Origin: Lama guanicoe | Taxonomy: Eukaryota | NCBI GenBank assembly: GCA_013239625.1 | Contig: MU053629.1 | Location: forward strand, 3,375,567-3,439,566 | Reading direction: 5' to 3' | Length of the DNA: 64,000 nt | Part shown: piece by piece, positions 14,356 to 25,345 of the stretch | Numbering within the stretch: the first letter of the stretch is position 1 | How the letters are laid out: every line of letters begins with the position of its first letter | Program-made: the position numbers and the translations under genes | The notes under the pieces: model-generated | What the model saw: the letters and a program-made list of their open reading frames with translations, nothing else | Database searches by the model: none | Told to the model about the DNA's origin: nothing

Positions 14356-15398
14356 GCCCCTTCCGTTTATGAACCACTCTAATTGCTAGAAAGCTTTTTG
14401 CTTCACTGAGCTGAAATCTGCCTGCTTGGAACTCGCCTGTGTTGGTGCTGAGTCTGCCCTTTCCCGCTCCCCAGCCCATGTTTCATCCTGATTCCACAGG
14501 ACAAGCCTTCGGGTGGCTCTTCTCAATTGAGACTGAAACAGATCAGAGACAGAGTGGACGGGAGCCCATCGCTTCTGAGGAGGGTGTGGCTGGGAGCAGT
14601 GGGGCTCGCACGTGGAGAAAGTGTCCTTCCTTCATTCAGAGTTAGTCTTCTGTCCTGGATATCACCGCCAGGTGCTGCCAGCAGCCTGCGTGAGGAAGCG
14701 CGTCCCTGCCACATGCCCTCGCGGCGAGCAGCCCGTGGTCCCGCTGGTTTTAAATCTCATTCCTGCTAAGGAGCTAAATCAGGAGCCACTTAGCACCGCT
14801 GAATTAGGGCTTTAATAAAAATAATGCAAAGTGGATGGAAAAGGCAGCTATGAAGGTTACGGTCAGCCGTTCCTTCCTTCCTGCTCCTGCCTTTCCTGCC
14901 AGCATCTTTGTACAGCGGAGAGGTGGGGGGGACCCCTACATTCCCTTGAATTCCCACAAATGGAAGTTGGGGCCTTTAGGAATTAGTCCTCATCAAAATC
15001 ACCTTCCCTTGCAGCCGAGGCTGTGCCTGTTTCTGGCTGAGTTGCGGTTAGGAATTCCACGCTCTCTCAGGAACTTAACACTTCTCTTTGAAAAGACCCT
15101 TTACCATCCCTGTCCTGAGAGCTGAGGGGCCTCTGACTCTGCCCTAGCTGTGTGGCTAGCCCGCCACACCCTCCACCTGCACAGCGCGGGAGGCAGGGGC
15201 CCAAGACAGGTTCTCAGGCTTCACAGCCTGACCTATGAGCGGGGAATTTGCAGTTCTTCCCTGAAGAGAGTTTAGAGGAGTTGATTTCCAGGTCCCTGAC
15301 CAATTCCAATCATCGCCAAAGTGTCTCCTTACATTTCAGATAATTCTACCTGAACATGTAATACTTTCATAATTAGGAGGAAATAGCTTTTTAAAATA

Positions 15399-15505
15399 TT
15401 TTTTGGGGGTGGGAGGTAATTAGGTTTATTTATTTATTTTTAACGGAGGTACTGGGGATTGAACCCAGGACTTCCTGCATGCTAAGCACACGCTCTACCC
15501 ACCCC
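15399..15505 (-). mobile_element. Young tRNA-derived SINE, camelid type (Vic-1-like), with target-site duplication
   Basis: ggaggtaattaggtttatttattt...ggaggtactggggattgaacccagga...gcatgctaagcacacgctctacc. The B box GGTTCAATCC reads on the minus strand. Flanked by an imperfect direct repeat (gctttttaaaata / gctattttaaaata). Confidence 0.8.
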
Positions 15506-16099
15506 GGATACGCTATTTTAAAATAATCCTTTCATGTCAAGAGCCGCCATCGCCTGTACCCACAGCTTCTAAGTGGCAAAGTCAGGATTTAAGCCCAGGG
15601 CTCTGCAAGCCCAGGGCTGGTGTCCCTCCCCCAACTCCCATTCGGTCTCCGAAGCAGATCTAAGCCTGCAGGGCAGCCAGGAAAGGAGTGATGCTGGTAT
15701 CCGGGCTGGGTGAGCAGGGAAGGCTTCCCAGTGGAGGGGTAACCCCCAGTGGGGTGGCATGAAGCACCTCACCTGAGTAGACCTAGGTTTTGGAAACAGT
15801 CCTGCCTAGCTGGCTCCTCTGTTCTAGTGGTCAAGGTAGGCCCACCAGCCTCTCGCTGTCTCAGGGCAAAGAACAGGCCATCATCCCAGCCCTGGTGACT
15901 TGGGGTGTTGGGTGGGACCCTCCCTGCCTCACAGCAGGATGGCTCTGCCCCTTGCTCCCTCTCCACGCACCTCCTTCCACCCCGCCCTGGGGCAGCCCTA
16001 AGCCATGAACAAAAACAGCCGAGATGAGAATGGGCAAGGACTCTGTTCTCTCCTGAACATTTCATCCATGGGCCGTCTCTGTATCTTTGAGAAAGAGCA

Positions 16100-16600
16100 C
16101 CACCTCAATACACTTGCACTTGAGAAAATGACAAATGTGCAGGGTCATTCACTGCAGCACTGTCTACGACAGCAAAAGCTTGGAATATAAGCCTCCATCC
16201 ACAAGGGAAAGGGTAAATTAGCCACAGTATGGCTATGTTGTGGAATACTATGCAGCCATAAAAAGGAACCAGAAAGTTCTTCATGTCCTGATTACACTCA
16301 CACACAGCTAGAGCTAAAGTGAGAAAAGTAAAGGCAGAGCAGAGTTTGGAATATGCTACCATCGGTGAAAAAACTGAATGCAGGGAAAGAATACATACAC
16401 ATGTTTCCTTCTATGTGCATAAAATATCTCTGGGAAGATGCACAAAAACTAGTAATACTGGCTTCCTCCATTCTGGAAGGGAACACTGGGAGAAAGGCTT
16501 AATATTGCACCCCTTTTTGTTCAATATGTTGCTAAATATTGAACCAGATGAATGTCTTATCTCTGCAGAAAATAAATACTGTTAAAGGTATAAAAATAAG
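16100..16600 (+). mobile_element. Old L1M (L1MC/L1ME-type) 3' fragment
   Basis: ttcactgcagcactgt...gcaaaagcttggaa...ggaatactatgcagccataaaaaggaa. Confidence 0.7.
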
Positions 16601-19600
16601 GCACATTCTCCAAAAGGCCTCTGTTAACATACATGGGAATCCTCTGGGAGAGGAAACACATTCATGTCAACCTTTTTAGTCCTGAGTGAGAGTAACTGTC
16701 ATCACAGGGGACCCTGAGGGAAAGGGACTCAGAACTGAAAAGCTTTGAGGAAGGTTTATTCTAGTGAGGTGGCTAAATCTTGGCCACTGCCTAAAGATCA
16801 CTTCTGCTGCCGAGTTAGGGCCTGAGATGTCACCTCCCCAGCAAGAGCCTGGTCTCTGCCACCCCAGCCCGACGCAACAGCAGGTTTCCCCAGGATCTCC
16901 GCAGCCCCTGGGAGAGGGGAGAGGCTGGCAGAGCAAAGGCGGAGCTACAGCAACTTACCAAGCTGCTGGTCTCAGCACAACCCAGTGGTACCCAATAACA
17001 CATCACCACCCAGCCTCCCCAAGGTGACGTTTACTCCTGTATCACGCTGAGAGGAGCAATGTTTTTTTTTTTTTCAAATAAAAACCCTTGTCCTCCCTCA
17101 GGCCAACTTTCATCAGCCTAGTCTTGTAAGATGCTTTTCTTCCTCCATCCCTTCCTCCTTCCTCTTCCTTCTTTCTCCCCTTCTCCTTCCTGTGTTTTTT
17201 CCTTTCTCCCACTCCTCTCCTTTACGCCCTCACTTCCTTTTGTCTCTTAGTCCATTCACAGCCCTGCTCTAAGCATCTCCGCAGGCCCCGAAGGACCAAG
17301 CTCCCTGCGGCTTCCATTTTAGTCGTGGTCTGGTCACCCAGGCCCAGCCCCTCCGGCCCTTTGGGGGATGGGCTGGGGCTAAAGAAAGGAGGAGGAGAGG
17401 GAGGCAGAGGCTGCAACGTGTACCGGGCTGGCCCTGTCATTTCCGGTCAGAGCCCCTCCCCAGGGGAGACCACAGGGAGGGGGGCTGATGGGACCCCCGG
17501 ATTGCTCGGTGTCGGCTCTTGAGAGGACACTGCCTTCCAGCCGAGAGCAGCACGCTAACATGCAAGCATCCTCTTTGGGTCCCTGTGCCCCTTCGTCTCC
17601 GCTCCCCACAGTGGAGTAAACACCCTTAGAATGTCGACAATCCTTCCTCTCTTGTTGCCCACCTTTTCTTCAACGTTCAGCCCCCCAGGCATCTGCCAGG
17701 AACCGCAGCTGGCTGGGAGGGGCACACTCTACTTCTTATCACAGTTCTGGTGACTTCAGATGCACCTGGCTCCTATCTCCAACTCCTTAAAAGGTGGTCC
17801 AGCCCTTCTTTATCTGTGCCCTGCTCTCCTCCCTCCAATCTTGACCTGTTACCTTGCACAATATTTTCAAAGGAAAGAAATCTGGTGGGTATTGATAGGA
17901 AAGATGGAGGAAAAGGTTGGACAGTAGGATGGCAGGAAGGAAGAATAAGAGGGAGGGAGGGAGGAATTAAAGATAAAACATTTGTCTCTGAATTTTCAGA
18001 GCATATAATGTCACTCTTCATCGGGCACTTTATAATTTCTAAAGCACATTTATGTTTGTCATTCATTTGCTTTCCCAACTCCCCTAAAAAAGTAGGCAGG
18101 ACAGGGCTGTGATTATACCCACTTTACAAACAGGAACAGAGAGGCTCAAAGGTGTGAAGGCACTTGCCCACGGTCATCCACGCCCGAGCTGGCCGAGAGC
18201 CCCATCTCCCGACTCCACGCCCCTGGTAGTTGGCACAGCCTCTCTCGCTATCTGTGACGTTGCCTTGGCCTGCCTCCTAGAGCAGCTGGCGTGATTGGCC
18301 TCGCATGTGAGGGGCTCATCTCCCAGGCTGGGCTATCAGCTGCTGGAGAGCAGAGAGAGCCCCATCTGAGGGTCCTTCCAGTGCACAGGCGCAGCCCAGA
18401 GCCCCGCGCTGCACAGCGGCCAGGGGGACGCTTGCTGGTGGCGGAGCGCGCTATGCTTGGATGGAGCCGGAAGCCTGCGCCCCGCGCTGCGGGGACTGAG
18501 CCCCCAGCACGGCTGGCTCCCCTGGACCTGAAGACACGCGCTTCCAGGAATCAGAAAACCTGAAAAGGCAGGACACTTTTATTTTCCCCTGGGGGCAGAT
18601 AAGTACAGGAAAAATCACACCTAATTCAGCACATCATGTTGCTTCTTCCATCCCCTGTCCCGGAGCACCCAAAGAGGGCATGAATGGCATGCGTGCAGCA
18701 AAACATTTTACTGAAACAACAAGAAACACGCTCAGGCCCGGAGTGGGTTGCCATGGAGTCCGAGAAGCCCTCGGAAGGCAGCAGTCAGGGCTGCAGCCCA
18801 CGTGTCTCTGTGGCTCCCTACACACCCACACGCAAACACAGCCCCCAGGCCCCCGCTCCGCTTCCTCCAGGCCCAGACCGAGGCCTCCCGAAGGCAAGAT
18901 CACCCAGCTCAGAGTCAGGAGACAGGGCTGTGTGACCTTGGGTGAATGCTTCTTAGAGTCCCAATTTTGTCATCTGAAAAGGAGGGTGACAATGCCTTCC
19001 TTGTCACGAGGGATGCAGACAGAGGAGCAAGCGCTCTGCAGGAAGCACAAGGTGTAATAGGACAGCACGGTGGTGAGACTGTGGGCTCTGGCGCTGGGGT
19101 TCCTGTGTTCACATTCTGACTCCCCACCACTTCCCAGCTAGGCTTTAGTGACCAGGGAAACTCACTCAAGTGCTGGCCGCTTTGCTTCCCCACGTGCCTG
19201 TATGAACTAGCAGCGCTGTAGCAAAAGGCAGCCCCGACCTTGGCAATGGGGGGAGACGGGAAGAGGGTGGAAGATAGCCGGAGGGCAGGTCTCGGTTACC
19301 AGAGCAACCTTACATCTACCCAGCCATTACAGTTTGCAAAGATCCTTCCTTCCCACGATCTCCCTGGCTTCTCTGCTCCCCTCCCCACATGCAGTTCATA
19401 GCCAGGGTTATTTGCCAGGTGTAGTTGGATGGGAACCCCAAGCAGCTCAGAGGAGGCAGATGACTTGGCCAAGGTCACGCAACAAGTTAACAGAGTCACA
19501 GCCAGAACTCAGTCCAGCAAAGCCTGTGTAAGCCGAGCACCTGTTCCCACAAAGAGAAGAGGCAAGACCCATGAGAGTTCACAGCGCAGTGGCCACTCCC

Positions 19601-19849
19601 CAGCGCAGAAAGCCTGGCAGTCTTGAGGCACAGCATTCCTATCTGTAGCAACAGTGATGCCTCCACGCCCCCGAGTTCTGCTCCCGATTCTAGCCTGCAT
19701 TGGCTCCAACCCAGTGGTGATGTCAAGGCCGTGGGTTCTATTCCTGTGGGAGCCTCATGGGACCTGGAATCTGGCCTCGCCCACCTCTTCCCATCCCCTG
19801 CCACTCCCTCCCCCAGCCCCCTGCTCTCTACCGTCTTCTAGTTTCTTAG

Positions 19850-20290
19850 ATGCATAAAGCTCGGTCCCACCTCAGGGTCTTCACCCATGCAGTTCCCTCA
19901 GCCAGGAGCTCCCTCTCCATCCCCAGCCTTCACTACTCATCCCTCATCTCTCAGCTCCATAGACTTTCCCCTGATTTCTCCATCCTCCCATCTGAAGAAG
20001 GTCTCTCTAGTATTGACTCCCATCACCCCATCTTCTTTTCCTTCATGGCGCCCAGTGAAGATGTTGCCCTCGATTTATTCGGAGGACAGTTGTTGAAAGC
20101 CTGTCTCTCACTAGGCTATTAGCTTCATGGAGGTACACACTGCATCTCTTTCATTCCCCCGGACCATCGACCCCTGGCCCCAGCACCGAGTACAGTAAGC
20201 ATTCAATACTTGCTGTCTGAATAAGAAGTAAATGAATGCATTGTCTGGCATCTGAGGAGGCACGCAATAAATGTTTGTTAAACGGGTGAC
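19850..20290 (+). mobile_element. L2 LINE 3' fragment(s)
   Basis: ctcagggtcttcacccatgcagttccctcagccagga...ctaggctattagcttcatggagg...cattcaatacttgctg...aatgaatg. Confidence 0.7.
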
Positions 20291-20819
20291 CCTCTTTCTA
20301 AAAAGGTGCAGTAATTACTGTCATAAGGATGCTACCAAAATAAACACTTTTCTTTTCCTGCCTCTCCCCGTGTCTCCAAGGTATTGGATGTAAATAACAG
20401 TTTGCATTTGTCTGTAACAGAATAAAAATCCAATTCAGGTCGGATCCTACACATTAATCTTGTGAGGTAGGTGGGCAAATATTGCTATCCTCAGGTTGAT
20501 GCTCAGGGAGGCTAAGTAATTTCCTCAGCTTTACGTAGATGTTAACAGAAGCATGGAGAGCAAAGCAGGGTTGTCACCTCTGCCCTGATCAAACCAGACC
20601 TGCAGCCCTTCCTACATGCACGAGGAGGGTCGAGAAGTCTGGGAATGACGCCTTGCTGGGCAATGAGCTCCCTGAATGAAGGGCAATGTCCATTTTGTTA
20701 ATTCCTGTCTCTTTATCACCTTGCTCAGAGTCTGGCACGTAAGAGGTGCTTGAAAATCAATTGCTAAATCAATAAATAATATTTTGCCTGAAAAAGAAAA
20801 TGGGGGGAGGGGAGGCCAG

Positions 20820-21010
20820 CCAAGGAGAGGTAAGAAGTTTCATAAACATCTAAAAAGCTGTTATATGGAAGAGAGAAACTTGTTATGGAATCAAAATAAA
20901 TACCCTTCTCCCACTATGAGTATTCCAAACCCATTTGGGCTTCCTTAGGAGAGAGTGAGCTCCCTGACAGCCAAGGTAATCAAACTGAGCCTGAGCGATC
21001 ATTTCTGGTT
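20820..21010 (+). mobile_element. L3/CR1 fragment
   Basis: catctaaaaagctgttatatggaagagaga...gtgagctccctgacagccaaggtaatcaaactgagcctg. Confidence 0.5.
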
Positions 21011-22510
21011 GTGACATCAGCACGGCCTCCATGTTATGCAGTTTCCTGGGGTTCCATGTACATATTGAGAGTGTGAGAATGATGGGCCAGAGGCCCAGGC
21101 AGGGATTAATATCCAGAGAGGTATGTCCAGGGTCAGTGGTCTGCACAGTCCCACCTAATCCTGAGAGTTTGTGATTCCCTGATCTGGGGGTAAAGGATTG
21201 GAATCCACATCCTGATTTCCTGATTCAAAGCCTCCAGCTCCATGGACAGGAGGCCTGCGGTTCTGGACCAGAGGATCTCACAGCCCATCTCTGACCTCAG
21301 CTCCCCCATTTCACCGTTGGCCCTTGCTCAGAAAAACTGAACCTCCAGCCCCAAGTGTGGGTTCCCTGCTGCCCACTGTTCCCTTGGTGCATCTTCCCCT
21401 CTCTCCATCAGCTGGGCACCATTTCACCCACACACAACCCCCAAAAGTCTAGCCAGAGTGCTGGGGTGGCCACCTCCCTGAGATCCATCTCCCAGGCGCC
21501 CTCACCTCTGCCAGCACGTAGGAGCCCTTGAGTGGGGAGACCAGGGTGCAGATGGAGGGAGGCCCAGCTGGGCCCAGAGACAAAGGAGCAGAGGGAGGCG
21601 GCCACTGCAGGACAGGGTGCCAGCTCCTGGCTGCCTCTGAAGGTCATCTGATACAGCTGTTGCCTCCGGTCTCTCCTCTCAGTGGGCAGAACAGGAGGAG
21701 AACTCTCAAATGACCTCCACCAAGGAAAAGGGAAGTTCATGAAGGAGAAGGAAGTGGGGGCGGCAAAGGGGGCAGGCTGAGCAGGAAGAAGGTCTCATTT
21801 CCAGCCTCAGCTTTGCTGATCAGAGGCCACTATCACACAGACACCAGCACAAAAGGCCCAAAGGGCTTGGGTCCACTCGCCAAGCCCTTGACCAGGCCTC
21901 CCTGACCCTGGGGTGGGGGAACCCAATGAAGTACCCCCTAAAGGCTGGGGATCGGCCCTTTTGCTGCCGGAGATTAATGAGCAAGGCCCCCAGCCTTTTG
22001 GCGGGCAGGGCTATTTTGACTTCCCCTAAGCCTCCTCCTGGCAGACATTAAAATAGTCAAGAAAATCAAACTGTCTTATAGCCCCATGGAGACACGAAGA
22101 CATTCAGACCCAAATCCTGCCTTGCAGGTCTTCAGGGCAACTTCTGCAAGGAGGCCAAGGTGACGAACACGACGACATAAGGTGACACAGAGACACCGGG
22201 TTCGACATCAGGGCACCCAGAGCCTGCCCTGGGCTTCTGGGGAGAGCACGGTCCTCTGGCTGGAGACATGGGGACCTGAAGGCTGTGTCCCATCCCCATA
22301 AGCTGAGGAGTAAGGGACGTGGAGGGGACCACAGGCCATGTTCCTTTCCTGCGGGGACACCCTGGCCATGGACTTGGGCAATCATCCTAAAACCGCCCAC
22401 CTACATGGGCTGTGATGCATCGATTGTGGAGACTCAAGCTGGGGAATCCTCTCAACAAGAGATGTGGGGGGATCAGGGTGGGGGACAGAGCTGGCTTCAG
22501 ATCTGGTTTT

Positions 22511-22661
22511 CCTTTTTTTTTTAACTGAAGTATAAGTCCATTTACAACGTTGTGTTAATTTCAGGTGTACAGCATAGTGATTCAATTGCACATGTGTATA
22601 TATCCCTTTCCATATTCTTTTTCATCATAGGCCATTACAAGGTGTTGAATATAGCTTCCTG
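22511..22661 (-). mobile_element. Short 5'-truncated young L1 3' end with TSD
   Basis: Poly-T at 22513-22522. The reverse complement matches the L1 3' UTR seen at 38535-38660 and 59365-59528. TSD tcagatc(tg/aa)gtttt at 22497-22510 and 22662-22675, followed by aaa (an L1 endonuclease TTTT/AA site). Confidence 0.88.
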
Positions 22662-24839
22662 TCAGATCAAGTTTTAAAGGGGAGGGTACCCTCTGTCCAG
22701 GTCTCCCCTCCCCACTTGCGTCTCCCAACCTCTCTCCAACCTGGGGAGCATGGAGATTAACACATCACCACCTCAGGGAACAGCTACATTTTAACAGGAC
22801 CTTCCAGACACCAGGACATCACGCAGGACAGTCTGTCTAACGTGAGGATTCCTGGTGGTTCATCAATGGGAAGGGTACTGAGTGGCCCAGAGACAAAGCC
22901 ATTTGTGTGACGCTTCCTTCCGAAGATGCTCACCCTCAGCCAGCACTGGGAGATCCGCCTCCGTCCCGATCTGGCACAGTCTCCAGGAAAGAGCCCCGGC
23001 TTTAGAGTTAGACCGAAGTTTGAATCCTCTCTTTCGGTTTTTAGCTGAAGGAACTCTGGCCAGTTTCGTGGCCTCTCGGTGCCTCTTCTTCCTCATCTGT
23101 GAGGAATCCACTGCTCAGCACCGTGCGAGGACCAGAGAAAGCGCGCCCACCACGGTGCTGGCCCAGCGCAGGCCCCCCGGGTACGCAGCACGTGCGAAGG
23201 AGAAGAGCTATCATTTGCCATGAGAACACACTGGAATATATTCATCATTCCAACCAGCTGGGGCACGAGGGATGGGAGAGGGCCACTTTCGGGGAAAGAT
23301 ATTAACGGCTCCAGCCAACCAGAAGTCCCTCATCACCTTTAATTTTCCCAGAGGGAGCCTGTCCAGGTTGAGTTATCTTCCGTGGGAAGGAAAAGCAGCT
23401 CTGGCCCTTTTAACCTAACACGGATCATAGAGCAGAGAAAATAAAACAGCCCCAAACCACTAAGCACTCTTCAACTAGATTTTCCCAGCCCTGCCAAAGA
23501 GACAAGCGGCGGCCACAGTGAGAGGAGTGACATGTATATTTCCTGGAGGAAGTAGAAGGTGGAGGCGGTGGGGGTCCTGGCGGAGTTGGCAGGGCATCGG
23601 CCCGTATGACCTCAGAGGCAGGCCCTGGCCAGGACAGCCCTGCAAAGAGGCGGCCGCTGAGTCAGGGTTTCTGGGGATGGATGGCCAGGCTGTGGCCCAG
23701 GGCACAGAGCACGGGGACATTCCATCTCTCTCCATCATCTGCCCCTTGACTGCTGTACTGGGGGTTGCCTTAACATATGCATGAAAATTGCAAGTCTCGT
23801 AATTCACGCAGATGGTGGAAGCTCCCCAATTGTTCCTTCTCGAGAGACAGCTGTTCCACCGCTGGGCCATATGGCTCCCCTTCCTCTGCACCCTGCTCTG
23901 GGAAATGAACCACTTTCCCCAGGCAGCTTCCCAGATCTTAGAACCATCTCTTGTTCTCAGCAAGTAATTAAGACCTCCGGCTGAGGCGTCCATGCTGTTC
24001 CACACGTGGTTTGTACACATGTCAGAGCAGCATTTTAAAGCTCCATCAAGGTAAATACAGAGAGGCAAGGCTTGCCGGCTTTGCTTTCTACTCAAGGGGA
24101 GTGTCCACCACCACAGACTCAGGGAGAGGCCACCCAGGAGTCAGCTCACCGTTTCTCTGCTCGGGGCAGGGCGAGTCTTCAACCCACTCAGACATGCCCC
24201 AGAATACTGGGCTGGAAATGACCTTCAGAGCTCCTACTGTCCGCCTTTGATGGAGACTCGTTTCAGCCCAGATAGAGACAGACAAATCTTACACCTCCAC
24301 CATTTGAGTTGTAAAGTTATTAACAAAGACCTTCAAGGACTAGCTTGTGATTTAGGAATGTGCTGACCTCCTCAGCAGAAGATTACGAGCATCAGCGGGT
24401 AGAGAGACTTCCCATCACTGGCAGGTTGGGTCCTCTGACCCTCTCTGGGGGACCCCTCTCTGGGACACCTGCAGGCTGAACCCCAGGGCCCTGATGATGA
24501 TAGAGACTTTCTGTCTTCACTCCCTAGGTGGAAATGCATTCTGCACCATGACCTGGAGGCAACAGAGCCATGACTGGTTGCTCATCACTTACAAAGCTCA
24601 GCTCCTGCACACTCAGTGGCTCCACCCCATTAGTGACACATGCTATGTGCTCAATAATACATATTTGTTATTCTTTCTGACAGCTTCAAACACTTTCTCT
24701 GGGAAGCCAGGGAAGGGGGCCAGCACACCTCCCAACCCTCGGCTCCTTCCCAGATCTGAAAACTGTGATTCCTTTTGCCCTTGGTCTAGCTTCTTGGGAA
24801 GCTGTCTCTGCATCATTCTGCCACACTGGATAACAAGAA

Positions 24840-25000
24840 CTTATGCTTATTAAGCACTTACTGTGTGCCAGGCACTGTTCCAAGCATTTTTTACGAATTT
24901 AGTCACCTAATTCTCACAAGCCTAAGTGGAAGGTACTATTATCATTCCCATCACACAGATGAGCAAAATGAGGCATGGAGAGGATGATAAATAGCAAGGT
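24840..25000 (-). mobile_element. MIR SINE
   Basis: ttattaagcacttactgtgtgccaggcactgttcc...tactattatcattcccat..acagatgag.aaaatgaggc. Confidence 0.8.
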
Positions 25001-25224
25001 TCCCCAGACCAGGCTTCATCCCAGCAGGAAATGGGAACTAGAATGGGAACTGAGCAGGACAGATGGCCTGGCTGGGGCATGGGGTGACCACACCCTGCAA
25101 GGATCAGACAGGCAGCTTGCAGCCAACATCCTACCAGCTAAATACCACCAACCCTCAACCCCTGGAGATCAGACATGGAAGCTGCCACTGGCTGTAACAG
25201 AATGGTCACGAGCATGGAATTGAC

Positions 25225-25345
25225 ACAAGGTGCCTGGGACTAACTTCCAGCTGCATCACTTCATCGCTGTGTGACCTTGGGCAAGTTATGTAACCACTCT
25301 GTGCCTTCATTTCCTCATCTATAAAATGAGAGTGTTAGCTATGAT
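25225..25345 (+). mobile_element. MIR SINE
   Basis: gctgtgtgaccttgggcaagttatgtaaccactctgtgccttcatttcctcatctataaaatg. Confidence 0.85.

Noticed and set aside
15440..15505. tRNA gene
   Set aside because: The B-box-like sequence belongs to a SINE with an AT-rich tail and TSD. There is no cloverleaf and the A box is missing.
23112..23135. REST/NRSE site (tcagcacc)
   Set aside because: Only the left half-site is present, the GGACAG right half is absent, and it lies in a MIR-like segment.
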